Assembly (NCBI RefSeq): GCF_009834535.1
Contig: NC_045697.1
Coordinates: 86,368,001-86,432,000 of the forward strand
Source of the DNA: Camelus ferus
Taxonomy: Eukaryota
Direction of reading: 5' to 3'
DNA: 64,000 nt
Of the stretch, positions 37,127 through 51,180 are shown piece after piece. The position numbers and the translations under genes are program-made. Numbering within the stretch: the first letter of the stretch is position 1; every line of letters starts with the position of its first letter. The notes beneath the pieces were generated by a model. That model had not been told where the DNA came from, searched no databases, and was given only the letters and a program-made list of their open reading frames with translations.

Positions 37127-39827
37127 ATGGGTAATTTGATAGGTATTGCATTAAATCTGTAGATTGCCTTGGGCAGTATGACCATTTTAACAATATTGAT
37201 TCTTCCAATCAAGGAGCATTGTATATCTTTTCATTTTTTAAAGTCCTCTTTAATTTCCTTAATCAGTGTTTTATAGTTTTCCGTGTATGTCTTTCACCTC
37301 CTTGGTTAGATTTACTCCTAGGTATTTTATTACTTTGGGTGATATTTTAAAAGGGATTGTTTCTTTGCTTCCTTTTCCTGTTAATTCATCATTAGTGTAA
37401 AAAAATGCAACTGATTTTTGTACGTTAATCTTGTAACCTGCTACCTTGCTGAATTTTATTAGTTCTAGTAGTTTTTGTGTGGACCTTTTAGGGTTTTCTA
37501 TATATAGTATCATGTCTTCTGCATATAGTGACACTTTTACCTCTTCTTTTCCAATTTAAATCCCTTTTATTTTTCTCTCTTGCTTGACTGCTGTGGCTAG
37601 GACTTCCGAGACTATGTTGAATAGGAGTGGTGATAGTAGGCAGCCTTGTCTTGTTCCACATTTTAGTGGGAAGTTTTTGATTTTTTCACCGTTGAGTACT
37701 ATGCTGGCTGTAGATTTGTCATATATGGCTTTTATTATATTGAGATATGTTCTCTCTATACCCACTTTGGTGAGAGTTTTTATCATAAATGGGTGTTGAA
37801 TTTTATCAAATGCTTTTTCTGCATCTGTTGAGATGATCATGTGGTTTTTGTCCTTTCTCTTGTTGATGTGGTGTATCACATGGATTCATTTGTGTATGTT
37901 GAACCATCCTTATGTCCCTAGGATGAATCCAACTTGATTGTGGTGTATAATCTTTTTAATTTGCTGTTGGATTCTGTTTACTAATATTTTGTTAAGGATT
38001 TTTGCATCTGTGTTCATCAGTGATATTGGTCTGTAATTCTCTTTTTTGGTAGTGTCTTTGTCTGGTTTTGGTATCAGGGTGATGGTAGTTTCATAGAATG
38101 AGTTTGGGAGTATTCCCTCCTATTCAGTCTTCTGAAAGAGTTTGAGAAGGACTGGTATGAGTTCTTCTTTCACAGAACTAGAACAAATCATAATAAAATT
38201 TATATGGAATTACAAAAGACCCCAAATTGCCAAAGCATTACCGAAGAAAAAGAAAGAGGCTGAAGGAATAACCTTCCCAGACTTCAGACAATACTACAGA
38301 GCTACAGTAATCAAAACAGCATGGTACTGGTACAAAAACAGACATATGGATCAATGGAACAAAATAGAGAGCCCAGAAATGAACCCACAGACTTTTGATC
38401 AATTAATCTTTGACAAAGGAGGCAAGAACAGACCATGGAATAAAGATGGTTTCTTCAGCAAATGGTGCTGGGAAAACTGGACAGCAGCATGTAAATCAGT
38501 GAAGCTAAAACACTCCCTTACACCATACACAAAAAAAAAACTCTAAATGGATCAAAGACTTAAACATAGGAAAATAAACGTCCTAAAAGAAAACATAGGC
38601 AAAACATTATCTGACATACATCTCAGCAATGTTCTCCTAGGGCAGTCTACCCAAGCAATAGAAATAAAAGCAAGAATAAACAAATGGGGCCTAATTAAAC
38701 TTACAAGTTTTTGCACAGCAAAGGGAACCATAAGTAAAACAAAATGACAACCTGTGAAATGGGAGCAAATGTTTGCAAAAAATGAAACTGACAAATGCTT
38801 GATCTCCAGAATATATAAAAGCAGCTCATATGACTTAATAAGAAAGAAAACTAACAACCCAATCCAAAAATGGGCAGAAGACCTAAACAAGCAATTCTCC
38901 AAGGAGGACATATGAATGATCAATAGGCACATGAAAAAATGTTCAGTATCACTAATTATCAGAGAAATGCAAATCACCTCACACCAATCAGAATGGCCAT
39001 CATTCAGAAGTCCACAAATGACAAATGCTGGGGAGGCTGTGGAGAAAAGGGAACCCTCATACACTGCTGGTGGGAATGCAGGTTGGTGCAGCCATTATTG
39101 AAAACAGTATGGAGATTCCTCAAAAGACTAGGAATGGATTTACCATATGACCCAGTAATCCCGCTCCTGGGCATATATGCAGAAGGAACCCTACTTCAAA
39201 AAGACACCTGCCGCCCAATGTTCATAGCAGCACTATTTACAATAGCCAAGACACGGAAACAGCCTAAATGTCCATTGACAGATGACTGGATAAAGAAAAT
39301 GTGGTATGTTTATAGAATAGAATACTATTCAGCCACAAAAAAAGCAACATAATGCCATTTGTAGCAACATGGATGTCCCTGGAGAATGTCATTCTAAGTG
39401 AAGTAAGCCAGAAAGAGAAAGGAAAATACCATGTGAGATTGTGCATATGTGGAGTCTAAAAAAAAAAAAAAAAAGAAAGAAAGAAAGAAAGAAAAGAAAA
39501 AGGCAAATGAACATAAATACAAAACAGAAACAGACTCATAGACATAGGATACAAACTTGTGGTTGCCAGAGGGGAGCAGGGTGGGAAGCGACAGACTGGG
39601 AGTTTGAAATTTATAGATACTGACAGGTATATGTAGAATAGATAAATAAGTTTGTGCTGTATAGCGCAGGGAAATATATACAAGATCTTGTGGTACCTCA
39701 CAATGAAAAAGAATGTGACAATGAATATATGTATGTGCATGTATGACTGAAAAATTGTGGTTTACACTGGAAATTGACAGAACATTGTAAACTGACTACA
39801 ACTCAATAAAATAAAATTAAAAAAAGA
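37127..39827 (+). mobile_element. LINE-1 with 5' inversion (37127-~38170 minus strand, ~38168-39827 plus strand)
   Basis: Minus-strand RT peptides ([37 protein letters not shown]), then plus-strand ORF2 C-terminus, 3' UTR, AATAAA and A-tail; candidate 7-bp TSD AGAAATA at 37121-37127 and 39828-39834. Confidence 0.95.
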
Positions 39828-40204
39828 AGAAATAAGAGCATTCTCTTCCCAGAACATTTTTGTGTATGTTTAATAACTAAAGCACTACAAAGTAATGAAA
39901 AAGGAAGTAGAAAAAAAGGTAAGCAGGTGTACTTGAAACATTCTTTTAATTGATCTGATTGAAATCTATGCTCTTCTGGCTAATGACTAAAGAGAATGAA
40001 GAATGTTGGATAAAGTAGAATCAACCTCTGGTTTTGAAAGTTCAGGTATTAAATTGTAAGAGAACACATTGCCATATGGAAGTAAATGCTGTCATTTCTG
40101 AATGTGATAAATGATCTTTACTAACAAGTTTTTGTTAAGATATTAAGGTGATAGAAAGGAAGCATATAGTGAGATCCACTTTTTGCTTTTTTTTCTCCCA
40201 ACAG

Positions 40205-40321
40205 CTACCATTTTGTCCTGTGGATGGATTATTTATCTCACATACTATAATTCTCGGAATGTTGGTCTTATTTTAACACTGGTTCTTAACAGGTTATACA
40301 AGCATGGCTATATCCATATTG
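40205..40321 (+). CDS. BLTP1: BLTP1 coding exon 2 (ATILSCGWIIYLTYYNSRNVGLILTLVLNRLYKHGYIHI), completes the N-terminal TM helix
   Basis: Acceptor caacag, donor G|gtaagt, 117 nt, phases consistent. Confidence 0.96.
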
Positions 40322-41310
40322 GTAAGTTTTGAGTACCTTTTTTTTTTCTCTGTAATCTTGAGATGTATATTGTAAATTTATATTTTATAAACAGATAGTA
40401 GGGGTAGAAATTTACCTTTGTTTTATGAAGGTTAAACTAACGAATTTTTTTTCTCATATAGCACTCTAGACATGAACTACTACTTGGTCCTTTTCCTCAT
40501 TCTTATTTCTTAAAGTGTTTCTAAAATTACTTTTTGACTTTTTTGCTTCTAAAAGATACTCATTAAAATCATTCGAAATAATCTAGACACATATAAAATA
40601 TAGAAATAGAAATTCCTCATCATTCCACTATCCAAAGAAAATTTCTAATGCTTGATGAAGTTTTGCTTTGTTGTTGGTTTTTTTTTTAAGTAACTGATAT
40701 CTAAAATATCTGTAACTGTAAGTGGAATCATCTTGTGTGTTTCATTTTCCTGCTTTATTAGTTTAGTGTCTGAGTACTTACAAGTGGGTTGTTTGCAGAT
40801 AGATGGCAGGGTGTTTTAGGAAGCTTTTTGCTTTGGAAAGCCCTAAGCGGCTGGAGAAAAGGAGTGAGAAGTCACCTAATAGAACCTTTCTAACCTTCCT
40901 TAGAGTTGAGTACTTCTGAGGAGACATAAATAAAAACTTCTCTCAAACATAAGTAGTCTTAGATTAATTTGAGGCAATTGAAAAATGATGAATTAGTTGC
41001 TGCTTTGGGTTTATTTAATGGATTATGTCTAATTAAGTGAATTACCCATATGAAGGAGCTATTTAAACTGATGTCCTCATGTAGTTACTTAGCAGCTTAG
41101 TCCATAGTGGTAATATGTATGGCACTTTGTTATATTTGAGGAAAAAACGGTAGAAGATTAGTAAGGCTGTAAGGATATCAGGAAGGGAGTAGGGAGAGAA
41201 CGTTTAATCACTGAGTAAATTGAATGCTCAGATTATCTTAAGCTTTAAGGCCTCTGCTATCTTTCAAAACAATTACATTAATTGCTGTTGGTTTTTTTTT
41301 CCCTCAACAG

Positions 41311-41389
41311 GCTCCTTTTCTTTCTCTGTTCTGTCTGGAAAAGTCATGGTTCGTGAAATATATTACATTACAGAAGACATGTCTATTAG
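41311..41389 (+). CDS. BLTP1: BLTP1 coding exon 3 (GSFSFSVLSGKVMVREIYYITEDMSIR)
   Basis: Acceptor ccctcaacag, donor AG|gtaaaa, 79 nt, frame continuous. Confidence 0.96.
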
Positions 41390-42519
41390 GTAAAATAAAT
41401 AAATAAATAAGTAAAATTAAAAAGAATCCATCCTAAGTAAACTTGAAATATGTATTGCCTTTTCATATTAAAAATGTTACTTTTTCAAATAAAATTATAA
41501 ATTAAAAATCATTTTTTTCAGTGAGTAATACCTGGTGAGTTGATTTTTTTAAAAAAATGTTTCCATCAGTGGATTAATTTAGCTAAGTGAGGTTCAGACT
41601 GGCAAATTTATTGACTAGTAGCTTATAGAATTGAATAACCTCATTTTATCCCTAGTTAAAAATTGAGCTGTAAGATTACTTTACCATTTTTATTGTAGAA
41701 TTCATTTTAGTCATTTGTTATATAAAACAAGGACAGGGATGTTGATAGCTCTCATCCAGTAACTTCTTATTATAGGTGATAAGTTTTTAGAATTATTTAG
41801 CCTTTATTAGCAATTCTAATTTTACTTTAATAAGGAAATGCAGATATGAATATAATAAATAATTATAATTTATATGTTTCATGTATTTTCTCTTCGGTAA
41901 GCCTTGAAAGAAAAGCTTACTGTATTTTTTTGATTTTCTTAAAATTTGTTACTTAGGTAGAACTTGAAAGTGTTGAATTAGTTGAGATGTGTTACGGGTT
42001 GGCAGCACTCACACCTCACTTAAAACAGTAGAGGCAACTCTTTGTGAGTCTAAAATTATTTCCAAATTAAAGGTAAAAAGTAAAAATTAAGAGGCTGTCA
42101 TTCTATCCTTTTGATATGAGGTGATACATCATTACAGAAAAGAAGGAAAATGTTCAAGTTTTCCCTTACTGTGCTAACATTTCACTTTAAATATTTAGCT
42201 TTTAGTTTATATAAATTTAACACTATTTTTAAAATATCATTTAAAGAAGAAAACATTTTCCTGATAGCACTTCATTTTCCTGTTTAATGTAATCTGGTAT
42301 AGCAGTTTACCTAAATAGATGAATCTGATTTAGAGCTATGCAAATTTTCTTTTCCTTTCTTACCTGGATGATTATGAAACATCTAGGTATGCCAGTGTCC
42401 TGCTGAAAACTTTCTGCATCTCCTTATTATAAATTGCTTACCTTTTATAATAACTATTTAAAAAGTGGGTTAAGTAAATTGTTACTTATGTTTTCATTTT
42501 TGTAATTTATCTTGATTAG

Positions 42520-42584
42520 AATTCAAGATGGATTTATAATTTTTCGGTGGTGGAAAATGTATAACCCAAAGCAGAAGCAACATG
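42520..42584 (+). CDS. BLTP1: BLTP1 coding exon 4 (IQDGFIIFRWWKMYNPKQKQH)
   Basis: Acceptor gattag, donor G|gtgagt, 65 nt, frame continuous. Confidence 0.95.
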
Positions 42585-43209
42585 GTGAGTTCTCATTTTT
42601 TTAAGAATCTGAAATCTTCAATTATATAATCAGAATTTTCATTTGTAGATATAGAAATATTTCACGTTTTGTTAATAGATAAAAATATTTTTAAAAGTTT
42701 TGGAGTTTACAGGACTCTGATTTTAACCCCCCGTGGCTGAAAATCCTTCAGCAGCTTTCCTCTGGCATGGTCACATTTAGTTACTTTAACCTATTATTTA
42801 CTTAGGGTTATTCTCACTGTGACCCTTATCCACTTTTCTAGACTTACCTCCTACTATGTCTATGGACCTAACCCCATACTGTGGTTAAAGTGGCCTTCCT
42901 AGCACTCTTTAATCATCCTACTAAGACACTTCTCTACTTTTCAGCTTCTGCGCCTTTATTTGTACTTCTACCTGAGACTGCTACTAATTCTCATTTATTT
43001 ACTATGGTAAGGGTGAGAAAAAAAGAGGAAATACAGACTCTAGACTCCCTTCTGGTTCTGTTCTGTATCAACACAATTTAATCTCAGAATATTTTCCTCA
43101 AATCTTCGTTTCGCAGCTGTAGGTGCTCCTGTCTGTGCCCCAACCCCCTTGCTCTCCATTAACCATACCAGTGTCTTCAAGGAGAATAGATCTTGTCTTT
43201 ACTTTCAGA

Positions 43210-43712
43210 GTTGTGATTCCTCAAATTTTTGATCTCAGGAACCTTTTACATTTTTCTAAATTATTGACATTCCCAAAGAGCTTTTATTTATGCAAGTTAT
43301 ATCTATTTATATTTATTACATTCAAAATTAAGCCTGATAATTATAGAAATGTTTTTATTTCGTTAAAAAACTATAGTAAATTCATTACATATTAAAATAA
43401 ATAACAAACTGTGAAAAATAACTTTTTGGAAGCAAAAAATTAGTGAGAACAGTGATGTTATTTTATATTTTGTAAATATTTTAAATGTCATCCCTTACGG
43501 AAAATAATTGAGTTCTCACCTCTGCTTTTATATTCAGTCTGTTGTACTATATATACTTGATGTAGCCTTTAAAAGATTCCATTGTCCACTCATGGGAGAA
43601 TGAGAAAAAGTCAGATGTCTCAGTATAATAATACTATCAGAATAATTTTGACCTTGTGGTTCCCCAGAATGGGTCTCAGGATCCCCTGGAGGTCTGTTTG
43701 ATAATTACTATT
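43210..43712. mobile_element. Non-autonomous hAT-Charlie element (Charlie4-like)
   Basis: ctcaaatttttgatctcaggaaccttttaca..aaattattga..cccaaagagcttttatttatg..ttatatctat, ending gggtctcaggatcccctggagg..tttgataattact. Confidence 0.65.
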
Positions 43713-46700
43713 CTAGGAGATTTTAAGTGGGGCCTGGAGTATGGGGTCAAAATAGGATGAAACCCCTCCACCTTTTCTTAGCTATGAGGGCCTTCTGTGT
43801 TTCTGGCATTGAGATTCTGAAATGGTGGTTGGTTCTGTATAACTTTGGAACTTTCCAATTAAATGTTGGGCCTGTGTGTGTGTGTGTGTGTATGCAAGCT
43901 CACCTAGGAATGTTTCAAAACTTACCACAACTTTGAGCTGTCCTAAATTATTTTAGATTTCACTGTTGTTTCACTACTCTTTAGTCTTTTTTTTAAACTA
44001 TCATTCCCTTGCTCCCACATATCTTTTGTCCCTCTTATATAATACATAATATTATCTACCTTGAAAAGGTTGGCATTAATGGGTTAGAATTTGGCATCTG
44101 TATAGTTAATGAAATCAATTACTAGAAAGAATAATGGCCAAATTTCAGTCTTGAAAAGTTTTTCTAAAAATTAGAATTATTTTTAGATAATTTTGAATAG
44201 AGACTGAGTGACTTCATATAATAAAAGTATTTTGTGGGACTTTGAAATAGGCCTTTTGCAGTCTCTCATCAGTAACTGAGAATAGCTGTGTGTTATTACC
44301 AGTCTTCAGTCTGTGATTTTTAGAGTATCAGTTGTTAAACCAACCATTTTACCTCTTTCCTTACCAGTTACCGTAAGCATTCTCACAGGAAAAAAAAAAA
44401 TGTTCTTTAGATAGTCAGTATATTAGTGCACTGGGAAGCTTTTAAGTTTTGGCTTATTATGAAAGCTGAATAAATTCAAAATTTTGAGTCACTTTCCTAC
44501 ACTATTAATCATGTTAAATATTATGGAGAGAATATTTTTTATTTTTTTATTTGGCTGTAAATCTGAAAGGTGGCATTTAAGTAAAGCTGTCTTACACTTT
44601 AGAAATGGCTAAAGCTCACTCCTTAGAGCCAAGTTCTTTTGAGTTCAGTCCCAGCTTTTAACACATTCACTTAACTTTGGGCAGGCCCAATATTTCTGCC
44701 TCTGATTTAGTTTAAAAATTCCATCTAGTTTGTCCCTTAGAGATAGATTACTTTAGGAGAATATTTTTCCTCAGCATGTCATGCTTTGTTAATCTTGCAA
44801 TCTATTTGTTAGATGATTTACTGTTTTAACTTAATCTTTTATTTTTATTTTTTTACATGTTAACATAAATATTATTGTTAACAAGGTTACAGTGGAGCTG
44901 AAACAAAGTTCTCTTCATTTGTATAGCTTGTTCGAGATTATTTTGAAAAACCTATTTGTATATTTATATTAGAAATTTGGTTCTAAAATTTTTTAGAGTT
45001 TTAAAATGGCATGTGAACTGATAAAACTTTAGGGAGGTGGGTTGAGGCGGCCCATTTGACCTGAAACCACCCCATCCCATGCTCTTTACCCCAGGATTCC
45101 AAGGAACACTGTTAGGAAATGACCGATTTTTCTCAAAATCCATTATCAATTTAGAAACAACTAATATTCTCAAAACTCCTCATTTTGCAGATGGAAAATC
45201 AGAAACGCCTATGATTATAACTGGTAAATTCAGGACAAAAACCCAGGTCTGCTAACTTAATATATACTATATACTATGTACTATATACTATACACTATAT
45301 AATACAAGGAGTCTAGTGCCCCTTCTATTATAAAACAGACTTGTGGAATGTGGCCTAAGTAGGTTCTTGGAAATTCTTATCTATAAACATTTATGACAGC
45401 TCATGGGAGGAACAAAGACATTTGTAGTATCCAGAAGCAACTGCAATTTTTAAACTAGACCTAATGGGATTGCCCACTTCAGAATTTTCTTAAGACATGG
45501 GGAATATGATCCTAAATTGTTTAAAAATTTTTTTGACGAAAATAATTACTTCATTTTATCGTGAATTGTCACATCTCCTTAAAGTGGATTGCTGTTCCCC
45601 AAAATATATGGATGCAGTCAAGAGTAACTGACCTAAGTTCTTTAGGAAAGAGGTAACTTTTGGTAATAATTTTTAGCTAATCTAACATATTTATTTTGTA
45701 TTCATTTTACTGATCATTGTGTTAAGCTGGAGGAGGGGATAGAGAAACATAAAGAGGAATGGGTGTTATCTGAATCCATCTGAGAGAACCACATACAATT
45801 ATAATTAAAGGAGAAAGGGAGCAGTGTGTGTGTGTGTGTTGAGGAAAAATTCTGAGAACCATCCTCAAAATTACCAACTTTGGTATGGACTACTTGGTGT
45901 GGTCCCAGCAGGTTTGTGGTTTGATGATGTTTAAAGTTCTGCCCATTTGTCAGGAGGCAGAATAGTAGATGCAGGGCTGCTGGGAAAGTTCCATCCTTTA
46001 AGCAGCATGCATGATGATGATGGTGAGTAGGATTATGTCAGGCAGAGATGGAGTGGAGAGGAGGGTAGCTCAGATGGAATAACTGGTTTGACCGATGGCA
46101 TTGAGGTTGGAAAACAGGGGTATGTTTAGGAATTAACAACTCCATTTGGTGGTAAACAGAACGTAAAGGAATACTAGGGGATAATTTGGAAGTTGTGTTC
46201 TGGAGGATATTGAACACTGGCAGCCACTGCCATGAAAAGTTTTGGCGCACAAGAGTGACATGAACTTAGCTCATTTCAAAGGATACAGCAAAATGTAATC
46301 TCACTCCTTCAGATTCATAACCCCAGATTAGCATAAATAGCTCGAATATTGGCCCTTTCTTGGCTGGCTCTTCCCTGTTATTTCCTTCTGTCTTGAATTC
46401 TTTCTGTCACTCTTACTGTTAACATAAACCTGTCTCTGTGCTCTCTCTGTAACTGTTCACGATGTAGAACAGAAATATTATAATAATTTTTGGATATTTT
46501 GTGTTATTCTTAATAGTCATGAATATTTAAATTATTTTGTCTAGATTATTCTTTCTCATTTTTGTATGCCAGACCTTTGACAGTTAACCAAGCAGGAAGT
46601 AGAGATGTTTGACGTGTTTCCCAGTGGAGAATTTAGAAAACTGGGGCATGTGCCTGAATAGATACATGGTCCCTAGCCTTCCAGGGAATAGGTTAAGGGG

Positions 46701-48529
46701 CTGTCTGTGGGTAAGGCCAAGATTTTCATTAGGAAGTTTTAGAACTGCTCTAATAGGAGAAAAGAGGGGTATTGCTTGCTGAAACTATTGTACTATAGAG
46801 CTTGGTTGGGATAATTTAAGCCAGGAGCAGATTTAAAGTTGTCATTTGTCCAGTTTAACCCATAAAAAAAAGAGAACAGAACACATCTAATTCATTTACC
46901 ATAGAATTTGTTGTAAAATATTCCCTAGGTTATGAGTTAATGATCTGTTACAGATGCTTGTTGGCCAATTAATGAGGATATCAGTCAAAATTTTTTATTT
47001 TGTTTTTAGGATAGTTGAATTTGAGAGATTCTTTTGGAAAATAAATAGCAGGACTAGTTGCCTCTTAACATATGGTTGTATATCATAGTGTTCAAATGCA
47101 TACTAGTCTGACTGACTAGGCACGCATCCTTCTTATCCAGAGGAATTCTTACATTGTTAAGAAGTGAAAGGATGATGGTAATGTATGTTCTGTTATTTTG
47201 TTGCTTAGAAGTTTCAGCCTAAGATAATCTAGTACTTTCAAATCCCGTTTGTTAAATACATAAAGGAAATAAAAATCCCTAAACAGGTTTTAAAAGTTCA
47301 GTAGACTGTTTTGTCTTTGTACTAAGTATTGATTCTAAAAATTGCAAGGCCTTGGCAGCACTTTTGCACTTTAGATTTTTTACTGCAAATAGCATGTGTT
47401 CCAATTAGATAATTAAATAAGTGCCTTTCTCCTAATTTCCCTTAGGAAAACAATTAGCTATTTGCTCAGGAGACTTAAGCTGTTCTACAACATTCATTTA
47501 TTTTTTCACCCATAAATTAATTGCTCATTATATCAAGAGCCTTTTATGTCTGTACTTATATCTTTTGGGTATGTTATTGACAGATGAATTTGGGAAGCCC
47601 ATTATATGAATGTGAGATGACAAGGAGTATGAGAAAAAGATTTCTGCCTTCAAGGGTAGAACAATATTAATGTAGAGAGGAGATTTAAAAGAGTCAATTG
47701 ATTATACCTTTCTTAAATTATATATAAATTAAAGTTTTCACTTTGACTCCCAGTGTCAACAGAATGAATGAAACCTAAAAACTGCTTTTAAAATTTTCAG
47801 GAGAGATAATTGTCAGTGAGAAATCTAGTGTTACCAGAATTTAACAATTAAATACTGCATTTAAGGTATGAATATTGACCAGTTTTTTAAAATAAAATAC
47901 AAAGAAATAACTGGACCCTTTTGATACATTTCTATTTTCAGGGATTAATAACATTTTTGCTTTTAAAATAGTCATTACATTTATTAATATAATTAATAAG
48001 TAGTTTTATTTTGCGATTAAGAACCAGTGTTTAGAGACCTGAATTCTAGTCTACTTCTTAGTTATATAATCTTGGACTCTGACTGCTAGGGTTGTTGTGA
48101 GGATTAAATGAGATTATATGAGTAGAGCGCCTAGAACGAACAGAGCAACCATTCAGTAGAGATGAGCTGCTTTTATTATGATGAACATTATATCACATTA
48201 TGAAGTGAAAGATTATTTAAAAAGAAGAGAGTTCAGTGTAAATCAAAGGTGAATACATAATTTTTATGACTAGAAAGAACTTGACCTGGAAAGACAAGGG
48301 AATTTGTATTTATGGTGTACAAGCATCCTACAGGTAGATAGAGGTGTTTTCATTTTATAGATGAGAAAAGTGAGGCTCAGAGCCGTTAAGGTATTTGCTT
48401 TAGGTCACAATATTAGTGAATGATATTACAGGAATCCAGTCTGGTATCCTTTCTACTGTTCATTTACTGCCTTTCTATGGTTCCTGGAGAGTCTAGTGTA
48501 GAAGTCCCAATTTTTTTTTTTTAAAGAAG

Positions 48530-48530
<1 letters not shown>

Positions 48531-48564
<34 letters not shown>
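48531..48564. repeat. (TG)17 microsatellite
   Basis: Perfect TG repeat, 34 nt. Confidence 0.95.
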
Positions 48565-48566
<2 letters not shown>

Positions 48567-50269
48567 CGCGCATGTGTTTATAGATGGGAGACAAATGCCT
48601 GTGGAACCTATCTGTCTTTTGGGAAAGTGCTCGTCTGTCTGCTAAGGGAGGTGTTCATTTATGAGGACGCACCCTTCTGATCTGGGAAGGTGTCCCTGTC
48701 TATGTGTGGGGTACCTCTGCATGTGGGCTCTGTCTGTACATACTTATGTCTGTGAGGGGAATCCTGTGAGTGTGCTAGTACCTACGCACGTGTATCTGCA
48801 TATATGTGGCTCTGTGAGAGGATGTGTATGGGTGTGCTTTGTGAATGGTTCTGTGCTTGGGTGCATGAGTATAGCTGTGTGTGCTTGCCTTTCTCTGCAA
48901 GGGCGTGCCCCCTCTGTAAATATGTGCCCACCTCTCTGTGTGTGCTTCTCCCTGTGTTTCTGTCTCTATGGGTGTGCTCTTGGGCCACCTGTCTCTCTGC
49001 ATCTGTGTGTATGAGGGATGGAGGTTGAGGGATGGGGAGGGTATTACTGTACAGACTACTCCTGAGGATGACAGAAAGCTGGGGTTACTAACAGAAAAGG
49101 TCCTGGCAAAGACTCTGAAGAGAGTACAGGCTATGTAAGCTTGGAGATCAACCAGGCTTAGAGATCTGATTTACTGCTTAATCATGTAGCTTGCTAGCTG
49201 GAACATTAGTAATGCAAGTAAAACAAATAGGAACAACAGAACAAATTTAAAAAGTGGGATGTGAACTCAGCTAAATCTTTCTCTTTTAAAATAGAAAACC
49301 AAAAGCTGCTTTTAAATGCTTATAGATTCTCTATTCAGTATTTTTCTAAAGTGATTTTTGGAAGGAAAAAAGTGGTCTAGGCGTTTTATTCAGTCTTACT
49401 TAAAATTAAAAAAACCCATTTATTATTTCTGTTTAATGATTTAACATATTTATTGAGTATCTTCTATGTACCAGGCACTGTTGCAGGAACTGGGGATAGG
49501 ATAATGAACACAACAGGAAAAATTCTTCTCAAATGGAGTTTATGTTCTAATGGAGGGAGGTGATAATCAATAATAAATAAAGCAGAAAAAAAATTTGGGA
49601 AAATGGGTAGGGATTGTTGAGGGGGTCTTGCAGTGTTTTAGTATTAAGTATTTAGTGTTTATCATTTTTTTTCAAAATACTTTCAGAGATGAATACCTTT
49701 ATCCTTGTACCTTGTTGCTTTTAGGAAGTTAATGTGGCCATATTATTATCATATCAGTCATATTGAAAGAAGAGAATCAGTTATGCATGTCTAGCAAGTT
49801 GGAGATCAAATTGAGAGTAGTCCTGTTTCCATTTTTATACAGACATCATTTGTGTATTTATCACTGCTGATCCAATTAGGGGCTAGTTTAGACTCTTATT
49901 TTTTCCCCATTCCTGCTTCTGTAGCTCATTTACCAGCCTTTATAGCCTCTATAATGCATTCCTAATGATAAAGGAATTTGTATTCAGGGATCTTGGTAAA
50001 CTGTGCTGAAAGTAAATTTGAAAACAAATGACTTGAATGAGTTTGAGGTAAATTTTGATTGAGTTGTTTATGACCTTGAAGAATTATATAATAAATTCCT
50101 ACTTGTATAACTCAAAGTGGGAAAAGAAAAATAATCTACTTTGCATTTATTATGCTTCCACATGCTGGGTTTTCAAAAAGTCTAAGATCTATTTGTTTGT
50201 GGATATTTTTATTTTACTTAGGGGTATGATTTGTAATAAGATGCTCTGTTATTCTTTCACACAGATGAG

Positions 50270-51180
50270 CCCTTCTGTGTATTAAGAATTGTTCTAGGCA
50301 CCAGGGATACAACAGTGAATAAGACAAGTTTCTTGTTTTACAGAGCTTGCTTCATTCACACTGGGAAGGATTCAGATAATTAGCAAGTAAATATATATAG
50401 CATCGAGGAATGAGTGAGGAAAATATGGCATTGAGGAAAATAAAAGCAGGGTCAGTGGACTAGGGAGTGCTGGTTTGCAGGCAGGGTGCTGTGTTACATA
50501 GGGAAGTCAAGAAAAGCTTCATTGATAGGGGACAGTTCAACAGAAACATGAAACAAGTAAGGAAATGAGTTATTGTGAATACCTGGGGGAAGAACATTTC
50601 CTGGTTGTTCTTTTCCTGTTTCATTACCAAAATGGAGGCCAGTTTACTTGGAGTGAGGACCAAAGGGAGAGAAGAGTGAGGATCTTGTAGGATTTTATAG
50701 GTCACTGAAAGGACCTTGGTTTCAATCTGGGTGAGAGGAAGCCATCAGGCAACTAGGGAAAAGGAGAGTGACCTGATTTTAGTCAGGGGTTTGAAAGATC
50801 TGGCCAACATGTAAAGCACAGGCAAAAGAGGAGTAAGGGAGGCTGTTGTGTTCAAACATGTGCAAGTCATTGTGGACTTGGGCCCGAGTGGTGAGAACTG
50901 GCTGGATTCTGGATATATGTTGAAAGAAAAGCTGACAGGATTTGCTCATCCTATCTGGGACATGAAAGAAAGAGAGCGGTCACATTTTTGACCTAAACAA
51001 TTGAAAAGATTGACTTGCTGTTGATAAGATAGAGAATATTGTGGAGTAGTTTTGGGTGGGAAAATCAGGTGTTTGGTTGTATGTGTCAAGGGTAAGATAC
51101 CTGTTAGACATCAAATTGGAGATATTTGAGTAAGCTGATGGATGTTTGACCCTGACATTTTGGGGAGAGGTCATGGATGA
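50270..51180 (-). mobile_element. L2 LINE remnant
   Basis: gttctaggcaccagggatacaacagtgaataagaca...tggctggattctggatatatgttgaa...ctgacaggatttgct...acctgttagacatcaaa.tggagat. Confidence 0.7.

Noticed and set aside
48661..49138. Cys/Val- and His/Thr-rich ORFs
   Set aside because: Translation artefacts of TG-rich low-complexity DNA.
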